Assembly (NCBI GenBank): GCA_963804645.1
Contig: CAWDRG010000001.1
Location: 96,001-160,000 of the forward strand
Source: an uncultured Bacillota bacterium
Lineage (GTDB): Bacteria; Sysuimicrobiota; Sysuimicrobiia; Sysuimicrobiales; Segetimicrobiaceae
DNA length: 64,000 nt
Direction: 5' to 3'
The notes beneath the pieces were generated by a model. The model was not told the DNA's origin and did not search any database. It was given only the letters and a program-made list of their open reading frames with translations. Both the position numbers and the translations under genes were made by a program. Below, piece by piece: positions 40,134-50,505 of this stretch; positions within the stretch are counted from its first letter, which is position 1; each line of letters begins with the position of its first letter.

Positions 40134-43100
40134 CTACAGCGGGGACACTTCCATCGCGGCCTGCGGCGCGGGAATGTGTCCCTCGTCGATCGCGACGAGG
40201 ACGTCCAGGAACGCCGCGGCGGTGTCGAGGGAGGTGAAACACGGCAGGTGCCGCTCGAACGCGGCCCGCCGCATCGAGAAACCGGTGCGTCCGGGCGTCC
40301 GCCCCCGCGTCGGCGTGTTGATGACCAGGGCCACGGCGTGCTCCCGGATCAGGCGCAGTGCCGTCTGCGTGGCGCCGTTCTTTGAGACGTGGGTCGCGCG
40401 CACCCCGTGGTTCCCCAGGAACCGCGCCGTTTCGTCGGTCGCGTACACGGTGAACCCCAGGGCGGCGAACCGCCGGATCAGCGCGAGGGCCTCCGGCTTG
40501 TCCCGGTCCGCCACGCTCACGAGCAGGGCCCGCACTTTGGGCATCACGACCCCGGCGCCGACGAGCGCCCGGTACAGGGCTCCGGGCAGCGTCACGTCCT
40601 GCCCCATCACCTCGCCGGTCGAGGTCATCTCGGGACCGAGCAGGACGTCGAGCTGCGCGAGCTTCTCGCTGCTGAACACCGGCGCCTTCACCGACACGCG
40701 CGCCGGCGGAGGCAGGACGGTCACGCCCGGATAGCCGAGGTCGGCCAGCGACGCGCCGAGCATCACGCGGATCGCGAGCGGCACGAGCGGCGCGCCGGCG
40801 GCCTTGCTGACGAACGGGATCGTCCGGCTGCTCCGCAGATTTGCCTCGAGGACGTACACCACGCCGTCTTTGACGACGAACTGGATGTTGAGGAACCCCC
40901 GGACCTGCAGCGCCCGGGCGATCGCGACCGTGTGCGCGACCACCTGGTCGTGCGCCTCCGGCGCCAGGCCCGGCGCGGGGAACACGGCCACGCTGTCGCC
41001 CGAGTGCACGCCTGCGCGCTCGATGTGCCGCATGATCCCGGGCAAGTACACGGCGTCGCCGTCGCTGATCGCATCCACCTCGATCTCCGTCCCTTCGAGG
41101 TACACATCGATCAGGACCGGGTGATCCCCATCGGAGGCGAACGCGTCCTTGAGATAGCGCACGAGTTCCGTCTGCGTCGCGACGATCTCCATCCCGCGTC
41201 CGCCGAGCACGTACGAGGGGCGGACCAGCAGCGGGTATCCAAGGCGGTCCGCGACGGCAATCCCGTCGGCCAGGGTGCGCACCGCGTCGCCATTGGGATG
41301 CGCGATGCCGAGCCGGTTCAGCAGCGCCCCGAACTTGCCGCGGTCCTCGGAGACGTCCAGGCTCTCGACGGACGTGCCGAGCACCCGGACGCCGGCCTCG
41401 TCCAGCGGCCCGGCGAGATTCAGCCCGGTCTGCCCGCCGACCTGGACGATGACCCCGTCCGCGCCCTCCGCTTCGACCACGTGCAGCACGTCCTCCAGCG
41501 TCAGCGGGTCCACGTACAGCCGGCTCGCGACGTCGAAGTCCGTGCTGACGGTCTCGGGATTGTTGTTGATGAGCACGGCGTCCAGGCCGTCCGCGCGCAG
41601 GGCCTTCACGGCGTGCACGCTGGAATAGTCGAACTCGATCCCCTGCCCGATTCGGATCGGCCCGGAGCCGAGCACGACGACGCGCCGCCGTGGGCTCGAC
41701 GGCACCTCGCTCTCCTCCGCGTACGTCGAGTAGAAATACGGCGTCTCTGCCGGAAACTCGCCGGCGCACGTGTCCACGACCTTGAACACCGGCCGGATCC
41801 CCGCGTCCCGGCGCGCTGCGCGCACCGCGGCCACGTCGGTGTCCCACAGCCGCGCGATCGTGGAGTCCGCGAACCCCCGCCGCTTCGCCGTCCGCAGCGT
41901 CTCGGGATCCCGCCGGCTGCGCAGCAGGGCTTCGATCCCGACGATGTTGGCGATCTTCTGCACGAAGAACAGATCGATGCGGGACAGATCCGCGACCTCC
42001 TGCGGCAGCATGCCGCGCCGGAGGCCCTCGGCGAGCGCGAGCAGCCGCTCGTCGCACGGCTCCACAATCCTGCGGCGCAGCTCGTCCCGCGACCACTGCC
42101 CCGCCGGCGCATACTGGAGGCCGTCGAGCTTGGCGTCGAGGGACCGCACGGCCTTCTGCAGCGCTTCCTCGACCGAGCGGCCGATCGCCATCGCCTCCCC
42201 GGTCGCCTGCATTTGGGTGCCGAGCCGCCGGTCGGCCTGCGGAAACTTGTCGAACGGCCACCGGGGGATCTTGACGACGCAGTAGTCGAGGGCCGGCTCG
42301 AATGCCGCGGAGGTCTTCCCCGTCACCGCGTTGCGGATCTCATCGAGCCGCTTGCCGAGCGCGATCTTCGCCGCCACCCGCGCGATCGGATACCCGGTGG
42401 CCTTGCTCGCGAGCGCGCTGCTGCGGCTGACGCGGGGATTCACCTCGATCACATAGTAGCGCTCGCTCGTGGGATCCAGCGCGAACTGGATGTTGCACCC
42501 GCCCTCGATCCCGAGCCCGCGGATGATCCGGAGGCTGGCGGAGCGCAGCATCTGGTACTCACGGTCGGTGAGCGTCTGGCTCGGCGCGATCACGATGCTG
42601 TCGCCGGTATGCACGCCCATCGGGTCGAGGTTTTCCATGTTGCAGACGGTGATGCACGTGTCCGCACGGTCGCGCATCACCTCGTACTCGATCTCCTTCC
42701 ACCCCGCGACCGACCGCTCGACCAGGACCTGCCCGATCCGGCTCACCGACAGCCCGAGCGACGCGATCTCGTCGAGCGCACGCTGGTCCCGGGCGATCCC
42801 CCCACCCGTCCCGCCGAGCGTGTACGCCGGCCGCACGACGACCGGGTACCCGACCCGCGCGGCGAACGCGCGGGCTTCATCGAGGGACGTCGCGACCGCG
42901 CTGTCCGGCACCGGCTCCCCGAACCGCAGCATCGCGTCCTTGAACTGCTGGCGATCCTCGGCCATACGGATCGCCTCGAGCGGCGTGCCGAGCAGGCGCA
43001 CGTCGTACTTCTCCAGCACCCCGGCTTCGGCGAGGCCCACCGCGAGGTTGAGGCCGGTCTGGCCGCCGAGCGTCGCCAGCAGGCCCTGCGGCCGCTCCTT

Positions 43101-43334
43101 GGCGATGACGCGCTCGACGAACTCCACGGTCAGGGGCTCGATGTACACGCGGTCCGCGGTCTCGACGTCGGTCATGATCGTAGCGGGGTTGCTGTTGATC
43201 AGCACGACCTCGACGCCCTCTTCCGAGAGGGACCGGCACGCCTGACTCCCGGAATAGTCGAACTCCGCGGCCTGCCCGATCACGATCGGACCGGACCCGA
43301 CCACTAGGACCTTGCGGAGGTCGCGCGGCGGCAC
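40134..43334 (-). CDS. carB: Carbamoyl-phosphate synthase large subunit
   Basis: [17 protein letters not shown], duplicated ATP-grasp halves ([15 protein letters not shown]) and C-terminal MGS domain. Confidence 0.97.
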   Translation of the reverse strand: MPPRDLRKVLVVGSGPIVIGQAAEFDYSGSQACRSLSEEGVEVVLINSNPATIMTDVETADRVYIEPLTVEFVERVIAKERPQGLLATLGGQTGLNLAVGLAEAGVLEKYDVRLLGTPLEAIRMAEDRQQFKDAMLRFGEPVPDSAVATSLDEARAFAARVGYPVVVRPAYTLGGTGGGIARDQRALDEIASLGLSVSRIGQVLVERSVAGWKEIEYEVMRDRADTCITVCNMENLDPMGVHTGDSIVIAPSQTLTDREYQMLRSASLRIIRGLGIEGGCNIQFALDPTSERYYVIEVNPRVSRSSALASKATGYPIARVAAKIALGKRLDEIRNAVTGKTSAAFEPALDYCVVKIPRWPFDKFPQADRRLGTQMQATGEAMAIGRSVEEALQKAVRSLDAKLDGLQYAPAGQWSRDELRRRIVEPCDERLLALAEGLRRGMLPQEVADLSRIDLFFVQKIANIVGIEALLRSRRDPETLRTAKRRGFADSTIARLWDTDVAAVRAARRDAGIRPVFKVVDTCAGEFPAETPYFYSTYAEESEVPSSPRRRVVVLGSGPIRIGQGIEFDYSSVHAVKALRADGLDAVLINNNPETVSTDFDVASRLYVDPLTLEDVLHVVEAEGADGVIVQVGGQTGLNLAGPLDEAGVRVLGTSVESLDVSEDRGKFGALLNRLGIAHPNGDAVRTLADGIAVADRLGYPLLVRPSYVLGGRGMEIVATQTELVRYLKDAFASDGDHPVLIDVYLEGTEIEVDAISDGDAVYLPGIMRHIERAGVHSGDSVAVFPAPGLAPEAHDQVVAHTVAIARALQVRGFLNIQFVVKDGVVYVLEANLRSSRTIPFVSKAAGAPLVPLAIRVMLGASLADLGYPGVTVLPPPARVSVKAPVFSSEKLAQLDVLLGPEMTSTGEVMGQDVTLPGALYRALVGAGVVMPKVRALLVSVADRDKPEALALIRRFAALGFTVYATDETARFLGNHGVRATHVSKNGATQTALRLIREHAVALVINTPTRGRTPGRTGFSMRRAAFERHLPCFTSLDTAAAFLDVLVAIDEGHIPAPQAAMEVSPL

Positions 43335-43339
43335 AGCGG

Positions 43340-44461
43340 CTATCCGCGGGTCCCCGACGGCTCCGCCGCGTGGGCCGGACGGACGACCGGCGTGCCGCCG
43401 ATCGTGTTCAGCCACTCATCGAACAGATAGGTGGAGTCCTGGGGCCCGGGGCGTCCCTCGGGATGGTACTGGATCGACATGATCGGCAGGCGCCAGTGGC
43501 GCAGCCCCTCCACGGTGCCGTCGTTCAGGTTGCGGTGGGTCACCCGCATCTCCGCACGATCCAGCGACGTTTCATCGACGGCGTACCCGTGGTTCTGGGT
43601 CGTCACGCACACGCGCCCGGTGTCCAGATCCTGCACGGGCTGGTTGCTGCCCCGGTGGCCGTACGGCAGCTTGAACGTCTCCGCGCCGGCCGCGCGTCCG
43701 ATGATCTGATGCCCGAGACAGATCCCGAAGATGGGGAAGCGCTCCCACAGCGCACGCACCTGCGCCACCTCGCGCGACAGCCGCTGCGGATCGCCCGGGC
43801 CCGGACTCAGCACCAGGCCGGCGGGCTCGAGCGCGGCGACCTCCGCGGCCGTGGTGTGGTGCGGAAGCACCCACACATCACATCCCCGCTGCCGGAGGTT
43901 GTCGACGATCCCGCGCTTGACCCCGTAGTCGAGCACCGCGATGCGCGGTCCCGGCCCCGGGTGGTGCAGCACCGAGTCCGTGGAGACCTCCGCGACGAGG
44001 TCCATCGTCCCGATCTCCGGGAGCGCCGCGGCGCACGCGACGAGCGTCGCCTCCGAGACTTCCTCGGTGGACACCACGCCGCGCTTGAGGCCGTGCGTGC
44101 GCAGGTGCCGGACGAGCCGGCGGGTGTCGACGTCGGAGATCCCCACGACCCCGCCCTGCGTCAGCGCGGAGGACAGGGTGCGCTCCGACTGCCAGTGGTG
44201 CGGCACCTCCGCGGCCTCGCCCACGACGAACGCCCGGACCTGCGGACGGCGCGACTCCCAGGCCTCCCCGCTCACCCCATAGTTGCCGATCAGCGGATAG
44301 GCCATCGTTACGACCTGCCCCCGGTAGGACGGGTCGGAGAGCACCTCTTCATATCCGGTCATCGCGGTCGTGAACACGACCTCGCCGCCCGCCGAGCCCC
44401 GGGCACCGATTCCCCGGCCCGAGAACACCGTCCCATCCTCAAGGACCAACCGCGCCTGCAT
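43340..44461 (-). CDS. carA: Carbamoyl-phosphate synthase small subunit
   Basis: [35 protein letters not shown] and QYHPE. Confidence 0.97.
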   Translation of the reverse strand: MQARLVLEDGTVFSGRGIGARGSAGGEVVFTTAMTGYEEVLSDPSYRGQVVTMAYPLIGNYGVSGEAWESRRPQVRAFVVGEAAEVPHHWQSERTLSSALTQGGVVGISDVDTRRLVRHLRTHGLKRGVVSTEEVSEATLVACAAALPEIGTMDLVAEVSTDSVLHHPGPGPRIAVLDYGVKRGIVDNLRQRGCDVWVLPHHTTAAEVAALEPAGLVLSPGPGDPQRLSREVAQVRALWERFPIFGICLGHQIIGRAAGAETFKLPYGHRGSNQPVQDLDTGRVCVTTQNHGYAVDETSLDRAEMRVTHRNLNDGTVEGLRHWRLPIMSIQYHPEGRPGPQDSTYLFDEWLNTIGGTPVVRPAHAAEPSGTRG

Positions 44462-44483
44462 CGCATCCCTCCCGACTCGGTTG

Positions 44484-44519
44484 TGCATAATTATACAATA
44501 CGAATTTATAAAGATGCAA
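44484..44519 (-). promoter_or_regulatory. carA promoter overlapped by tandem ARG boxes
   Basis: TGCATAATTATACA (44484-44497) and TTTATAAAGATGCA (44505-44518); minus strand TTGCAT-N18-TATAAT. Confidence 0.85.
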
Positions 44520-44559
44520 CCGGGGACATGCCGCGGCGCCGGACCGGGCGCGACCGGAC

Positions 44560-44586
44560 AAACGAAAGGGAGCCCGGGGGGCTCCC
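44560..44586 (-). terminator. Intrinsic terminator
   Basis: Minus strand GGGAGCCC-CCC-GGGCTCCC-TTTCGTTT. Confidence 0.7.
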
Positions 44587-44668
44587 ACACGTGCAGCCGT
44601 ACCAACTCGGCGCACCATTGATCCCTCCCGGAGATCGTTAATGGTCCGCGCAACTGACTAGCGCACCA
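44560..44668 (-). ncRNA. Candidate ~110-nt sRNA or attenuator leader upstream of carA
   Basis: Bracketed by TAGGCA-N17-TACAAT (44703-44675) and an intrinsic terminator; internal long hairpin GCGC/ACCATT/GATCTC...GGGATC/AATGGT/GCGC. Confidence 0.4.
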
Positions 44669-44764
44669 AGAGATATTGTATCTCGTCGCGACCCGTTTGC
44701 CTAGTCTCGCCTCTTGCTCAAACGGCGAACGCCGTCACGCGGGCACGACGAACCCCGCGAGGAA

Positions 44765-45691
44765 TCACGAGGCCGGCGCCTGCAGCACGACCGCCCGCCA
44801 TTCTCCCTCGGCGACCGTCCGCCGGTGACGCAGGCCCGCCGCGTCCGCGGCACGCAGCACGTCGGCCACACGGTCCACGACGAGTCCCGACCCGATGCAC
44901 ACGCCGCCGGGCTCGAGATGCGCGCGCAGATCCGGCAGCATCGGAATGATCACGTCGGCCACGATGTTCGCGACGATCACATCCGCGCGGGACGCCGTCC
45001 GGCGGAGGCCGTCGCCGCGGGCGACCCGCACGCGGGACGCGACGCCGTTCCGGCGCACGTTTTCGCGAGCGACGGCCACCGCGACCGGATCCTCGTCCAC
45101 CGCGAGGACGCGGCCGGCGCCGAGGCGCGCCGCGGCGATGGCCAGGATCCCCGACCCGGTCCCCACGTCGAACACCACCCCCGCGGCGGGGACGGCCGTC
45201 AGCAGCGCGCGAAGGCAAAGGCGCGTCGACGGGTGCAGGCCCGTCCCGAACGCCATCCCGGGGTCGATCTCAATCACGAGGCTGCGCGCCGGCGCGGGCG
45301 TCCGCACCCAGCTCGGCCGCACGAACAGGCGCCCGACGCGCACCGGGCGCACGTGACGCCGCCACGCGGTCGCCCACCGCCGGGCCGCCACGGCGCGGTG
45401 CGAGACCCGGACGCGTCCCGGCTCCAACCCGAACGCGCGGAGGCCGCGCACGCGGGCGCGGAGGCCGCGCAGCGTCACCGCGAGCACCCGGGACGGCGGA
45501 AGATAGCAACGGAAGCGGCAACGGTCCGTCGCGGGGCGCTCCTCGATGAAGCCGCCGGAGCGCAGCTCCTGTAAAATCGCGCTGACGGCCTCGGCGACCC
45601 TCGCGGAGGCGTCGACGGTGATCTCGACCCACGTCCTCCCCGTCGCGCGGGCCCCGGCCGCTGCGCCGGCGCCGCGCGTCTTCGGGGTCAC
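44765..45691 (-). CDS. prmA: Ribosomal protein L11 methyltransferase
   Basis: IDPGMAFGTGLHPST, DVGTGSGILAI and VIVANI. Confidence 0.95.
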   Translation of the reverse strand: MTPKTRGAGAAAGARATGRTWVEITVDASARVAEAVSAILQELRSGGFIEERPATDRCRFRCYLPPSRVLAVTLRGLRARVRGLRAFGLEPGRVRVSHRAVAARRWATAWRRHVRPVRVGRLFVRPSWVRTPAPARSLVIEIDPGMAFGTGLHPSTRLCLRALLTAVPAAGVVFDVGTGSGILAIAAARLGAGRVLAVDEDPVAVAVARENVRRNGVASRVRVARGDGLRRTASRADVIVANIVADVIIPMLPDLRAHLEPGGVCIGSGLVVDRVADVLRAADAAGLRHRRTVAEGEWRAVVLQAPAS

Positions 45692-46794
45692 GCGAGGTGC
45701 GTGCGCATTTTGTCGAGGAGCGTCTTCTTCGCGGGCTTGATGTCCTCGCCGCGCAGCTTCGCGAACTGCGCGAGCGCCTTCACCTGGTCTTTGGTAAGGT
45801 CTCTCGGCACGGTCACCGCGAGGTGCACGGCGAGATCACCCCGACCGCCCCGGAGGCCCGGCATCCCCTTGCCCCGCAGGGTCACCACGGTCCCGGGCTG
45901 CGTGCCGGGCTGGACCGTGAGCGTGGTCCGCCCGTCGAGGGTCGGCGCCTCGATCTCCGCGCCGAGCGCCGCCTGCACCATCGAGATCGAGACGCCGCAG
46001 TGCAGGTCGTGCCCTTCCCGCGTGAACACCGCATGCTCCGCGATGCGCAGATCGACGTAGAGGTCGCCCCGGACCCCGCCCCGCATCCCCGCCTCGCCCT
46101 CACTCTGGATCCGCAGGCGTGTGCCATCCTCGACGCCCGGGGGGACTTTGACGTTGATCTCACGCTGCGCACGGACGCGGCCGCTGCCCCGGCAGTCGCG
46201 GCACGGCTTGCGGATGATCTTCCCCGCCCCGTGACACTGAGGACACGTGGCGATCTGCGCGAACTGGCCGATCGGGGTGCGGCGGCTGTACCGGACCTGG
46301 CCGGCGCCGTGGCAGGTGGGGCAGGATTCGGGGGCGCTCCCTTTCTCCGCGCCGGTCCCGAAGCACACGGAGCAGGTCTCCTCGCGCACGATCGAAATTG
46401 TCCGCTCGGTGCCGTGCGCGGCGTCCTCGAGCGTCACCTCCACCACGACCCGGAGATCGCTCCCGCGCTCGGGCCCGGGCTCCCCGCCCCGCTGCCCCTG
46501 GTGACCGAAAAACATGTCGAAGATGTCGTCGAAGGCCGTACCGCCGCCGAACGGCCGGCCGGCCAAGCCGTCCGCCTCACCGCGGTCATAGCGGGCGCGC
46601 CGCTCGGGATCGCCGAGCACCTGATACGCGGCGTTGATCTCCTTGAAGCGTTCGGCGAAGCGTTCGGCCGCCTGCGGGTCCTGGTTCACGTCCGGATGGT
46701 GCTCGCGGGCGAGCTGGCGGAACGCCCGCTTGATCTCGTCCTGGCTTGCCGTCCGGGGCACGCCCAGCGTGTCGTAAAAGTCTCGACCGGCCAT
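45688..46794 (-). CDS. dnaJ: Chaperone DnaJ
   Basis: J-domain HPD and four CxxCxGxG repeats. Confidence 0.97.
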   Translation of the reverse strand: MAGRDFYDTLGVPRTASQDEIKRAFRQLAREHHPDVNQDPQAAERFAERFKEINAAYQVLGDPERRARYDRGEADGLAGRPFGGGTAFDDIFDMFFGHQGQRGGEPGPERGSDLRVVVEVTLEDAAHGTERTISIVREETCSVCFGTGAEKGSAPESCPTCHGAGQVRYSRRTPIGQFAQIATCPQCHGAGKIIRKPCRDCRGSGRVRAQREINVKVPPGVEDGTRLRIQSEGEAGMRGGVRGDLYVDLRIAEHAVFTREGHDLHCGVSISMVQAALGAEIEAPTLDGRTTLTVQPGTQPGTVVTLRGKGMPGLRGGRGDLAVHLAVTVPRDLTKDQVKALAQFAKLRGEDIKPAKKTLLDKMRTHLA

Positions 46795-46805
46795 CGGGAT
46801 TGACC

Positions 46806-47828
46806 CTAGCGCTGCTCGAGCGTGTTGCCGAGGCTGTCGGCCAGAAACCGCACCAAGCTGATCACCCGTCCGTACCGCATGCGGGTCGGCCCGACGATGC
46901 CGAGCACGCCGGCGGGACGGTCGGCCACGTAATACGTTGCGGCCACCACACTGCAGTCGCGCATCTCCTCGCGCCGATTTTCCGCGCCGATCGTCACGCG
47001 CACGCCGGACGGTCCCTGGTCCTCCCCGAGCAGGTCTTCCACAAGATCCTCCCGCTCGAGCGCCGAGAGCACCGGCTGCGCGCGCCTGGCGTCCTGAAAC
47101 TCCGGCTGCTTCAGGATGTTGGCCTGCCCTTCAGCGTAAATCCGGCCCGACGGACGGTGGAACCGCTCCCGCAGCAGTGTGCCGACCTGGTCCAGCACCC
47201 TCTGGTAGTGCGCCGCCTCGCCGATCACCGTCGCGAGGACCCGATCGCTCAGATCGCTGAGCGACCGGCCGGCGATCCGGCGGCTGATCTCCTGGGACAG
47301 ACGGTCGCACTCCTCGGCCGACACCGGCTCCGCGAACTCCACCGTCTTGCCCTCGAACACCTCGGCATCGGTCACGATCACGGCCATCGCGCGCTGCGGG
47401 GTCAACGGAATCAGGTGAAAGTGCCGCACCACCTGTTCCCGCAGCGTCGGCGCCGCCACGACGGACGCGCACTCCGTCGCCACGGCCAGCGCGCGCGCCG
47501 CCTGCTCGACGGCCTGGTCAAACTCCGTCGCGGCGAGCGACCGGCGGATCCGGAGGCGGTCGGCGGGCGGAACCTGCTCTTCCGCCATCATCGAATCCAC
47601 GTACACCCGGTAGCCTTGGTCGGTCGGGACCCGTCCGGCGGAATGATGCGGCTGATGCAGGTAGCCCAATTCCTCGAGCGCGGCCATCTCGTTCCGCACG
47701 GTCGCGGAACTCACCTCGAGCCCATGACGCTGCCGCGCCGCTTCGCTACCGACCGGCTCAGCGGTCACGATATAGTCGTCGATCACGACCCTGAGGATCT
47801 CACGCCGTCGGCCCTCAAGCTGACCCAT
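46806..47828 (-). CDS. hrcA: Heat-inducible transcription repressor HrcA
   Basis: EPVGS, SSATVRNEMA, SAGRVPTDQGYR and GPTRMRY. Confidence 0.97.
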   Translation of the reverse strand: MGQLEGRRREILRVVIDDYIVTAEPVGSEAARQRHGLEVSSATVRNEMAALEELGYLHQPHHSAGRVPTDQGYRVYVDSMMAEEQVPPADRLRIRRSLAATEFDQAVEQAARALAVATECASVVAAPTLREQVVRHFHLIPLTPQRAMAVIVTDAEVFEGKTVEFAEPVSAEECDRLSQEISRRIAGRSLSDLSDRVLATVIGEAAHYQRVLDQVGTLLRERFHRPSGRIYAEGQANILKQPEFQDARRAQPVLSALEREDLVEDLLGEDQGPSGVRVTIGAENRREEMRDCSVVAATYYVADRPAGVLGIVGPTRMRYGRVISLVRFLADSLGNTLEQR

Positions 47829-47843
47829 CGCGAGCTCCTTTGA

Positions 47844-47870
47844 TTAGCACTCCATTCCCTCGAGTGCTAA
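47844..47870. promoter_or_regulatory. CIRCE element
   Basis: Perfect TTAGCACTC-N9-GAGTGCTAA just upstream of hrcA; minus strand promoter TTGCCA-N17-TAGGCT at 47912-47884. Confidence 0.97.
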
Positions 47871-48035
47871 GTCGTTAGGCAACAGCCTATCACCTGTTCG
47901 ATAACCTGGCAAGGGCTCGAGTCTTGCTACCTCACACCTCAACGGAAATTGGATCGTCACGTCAAAAACCCTGTTATCCCGACGCGGCGCACCACGCCTT
48001 CGCGGGCCTCGGCGCGCGAGTTTGCACGGCGGGTC

Positions 48036-49657
48036 TCACGGCGGGGCCGGGCGCGCCGCGCCGCCAGGGACGGGCACCCGCACCACGACTGTATACGCGC
48101 CCATCTTTAATATCCGCACCGGCCCGCCCAGCGTACGCGCCGCGGCCGCGACGGTCATACCCCGCTCGAGCGCCACCGCCGGATCCCCCGTGAACACCAC
48201 AAACTGAGGTGGCATCGTGTACCAGCGGGCGCTCGACAGCTGGAGCCAGCGCGTCAGCCGCCCCTGCTCTTCGACGACCGGGCGCACGGCGACGCGTCCG
48301 GCGGTCTCGACCGTCATGATCGACGCGTCCCAATAGGCGCCGTACCCGTACGACAGCCGGTGCTCCTGGAGCCAGCGCGCAACCGGCAGCTCCGGTTGGG
48401 GAGCCGGCGGCACGAGAAAGTGCAGCAGGAACGCCGGGATCGAGACCACCGCCGCCAGAGCGAGGGCGGCGTAGCCGACGCGCGCGCGGCGATCGGTCGG
48501 TCCCGCGGCGAGGGCGGCGCCGGCCCGCCGGCCCGCGAGGATCGCGCCGCAGAAGAATGCGGGCACCACGTACCGCGACTGGCTCCCCTGCGTGCTGAGC
48601 ACCATCTCGGCGGCGCTCACGACGACGGCCGCGGCGAGCACGGCGTCGAGCCAGCCGCCTCGACGACGACGCCGGATCCAGGTCGTAAGCTCGACGCCGA
48701 CGCACCACAGCACGACCGCACACAGCACGCTCCGCCCCAGCACCAGGACCGTCTGCGGGGCGGCCGGCAGCCCGACGACGTCGCCCCCGCCGAGTGCAAA
48801 CCACCACCGCACGAGCTGGAGGAGATTGGGACCGGTCTGGCCGGGTGCGGTCAGCACCACGTCGCTGTGGACATCGACGAAGCCGCCCGTGGACGCCGCA
48901 AGGGACAGCAGCGCGCCCGCCAGGACCAGCGATGCCGCGAGCCAGACCACCACCGCGCCCGCCTGGCGCCGCGCGGGCCCCACGGCATCAAGGGCGACCA
49001 CGAGGGCGCAGGGCACCCACACCATCCAGCCGGCGATCGGGTCTCCCGCGATGGCGCAGCCGAACAGAACCGCGGCCGCGCCGAACCGCACCGGGTGCGG
49101 ACCGACTGGCGGCGCGGCCGCCGTTTCGTCCCCGGGATCCACGAGCAGCAGCGCGGCCAGCACCAGCAGCATCGTGCCCAGGTGGATCGCGGGGCGCAGC
49201 GCGATCGCCGCGAGGGCAAAGTTCCCGCCCCACAAGGCCGGCGGCAGCCCGATCACGAGAAACGTGAGGGTCGCCGAGGACGCCGCCGCCCATGCGCGGT
49301 ACGGGCGCGCGGCGAGCGCGCACGATGCCGCCACGAGCAGCGCGTAGACCAGCGAGGGGAGCTGAAAGAGGAGCGCCAGCACGGGTCCGGCCCTCGCCAC
49401 CGCGGGCACGTACCAGAGCGCCTCGCTCGGCCAAAAGTTGTCCGAGGTCAGCACCCAGCCCCGCAGGTTCCAGTTGCCGCGCAGCAGGTCCTGCGCTTCG
49501 AGCACGATGCGGGCGTCGTCGGACGTTCGGATGAACCGATGGGCCACCTGGAGGTACGCCGCGTCCAGCGCGGCAACGCCCGCGAGCAGAAGGACCGCCG
49601 CACCCGCCGCGCCCCACGGCCGAGGAGGGAGCGCGGCATCGTGTCGGGCGGAGGCAC
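48036..49657 (-). CDS. Multi-pass membrane protein, GT-C glycosyltransferase-like (5' end uncertain, possible frameshift near 49620)
   Basis: SDD..IVLEAQDLLRGNWNLRGW, many TM helices, RYVVP and GYGAYWDAS. The best RBS (GGAGG + GTG at 49657) is in a different frame from the main ORF. Confidence 0.65.
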
Positions 49658-49708
49658 GGCGCCTCCGGCGTGCGCTCAGGCGTCAGTCTCCGGCAGCGGA
49701 CGCGGCAG

Positions 49709-50434
49709 TCACGCGTGCGGCACCGGGCATGTGGTCGGCTGGTTGTTGAGCCCTTCGGCGTCGCGCACAAACACGGTGGACACCTTTCCGTCGAGTTGGG
49801 CGACCCGGACGACGAAGAGACTGTCAAATTCGCTCCCCGGCCACGCCGGCACGCTGGCGGGATCCCCGCCGCCCAGCGCGATCAGATGCCGCACCAGCAT
49901 GGTGAGCAGAGTATGCTCCCACGCGACAAAGATGAGCGCATGGGCGTTCGCGGGCGTGAGCAACGCCTGCTGCAGGGCATCAATCTGCTCGGCACCAAAC
50001 TGCGTGTTCACGGGCATGCCCAGTTGGATGGCGGTCGGCTCGATCGTCGCGAGGGCCCGAATATAGTTGTACGCGACCCCGTTGTCGACCATTTGATGCC
50101 CCGGGTCGGGAGCGAAGATCTCGTCGGGTCGGCCAAATTTGGCGAGCAGGGCGCGGGGCAGCGCCAACGAACGATTCAGTCCCTGACAGTCGAGTTGGCC
50201 GAGGCCTTGTGCCGGCTTCTCTCCGTGTCTCATGAAGACAATCGTTTCCTGCGCGCCGCCGGGCGCCGCGGCATACCCCGGTGACGCGAGCAGCACAGAG
50301 CCCAGCACCACCGACAGGATCTCCCGACTCCCGCCGATCAGCCGCGCGACGCGAACGGCGAGCCCCGCTCGAACGACTCGCGGGAGATCCCCCTCACGGC
50401 CCCGCGCCCACGTCTTCCGATCACGCCTGTGCAT
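49709..50434 (-). CDS. Secreted histidine-phosphatase superfamily protein
   Basis: ETIVFMRHGEKP (RHG motif), AWEH, signal-like hydrophobic segment. Confidence 0.75.
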   Translation of the reverse strand: MHRRDRKTWARGREGDLPRVVRAGLAVRVARLIGGSREILSVVLGSVLLASPGYAAAPGGAQETIVFMRHGEKPAQGLGQLDCQGLNRSLALPRALLAKFGRPDEIFAPDPGHQMVDNGVAYNYIRALATIEPTAIQLGMPVNTQFGAEQIDALQQALLTPANAHALIFVAWEHTLLTMLVRHLIALGGGDPASVPAWPGSEFDSLFVVRVAQLDGKVSTVFVRDAEGLNNQPTTCPVPHA

Positions 50435-50505
50435 TCGCGTCCCCTCCCCGGCCGGATGCGTGTGCGCGGATCCAGGCGCGCACTGGCCGCGCACAGCGTC
50501 CCGGC

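Noticed and set aside
40389..43307. Long antisense ORFs (972 aa here; also 11454-13520, 22811-24880, 50281-52176)
   Set aside because: Shadow frames of high-GC genes, Arg/Gly/His-rich with no motifs
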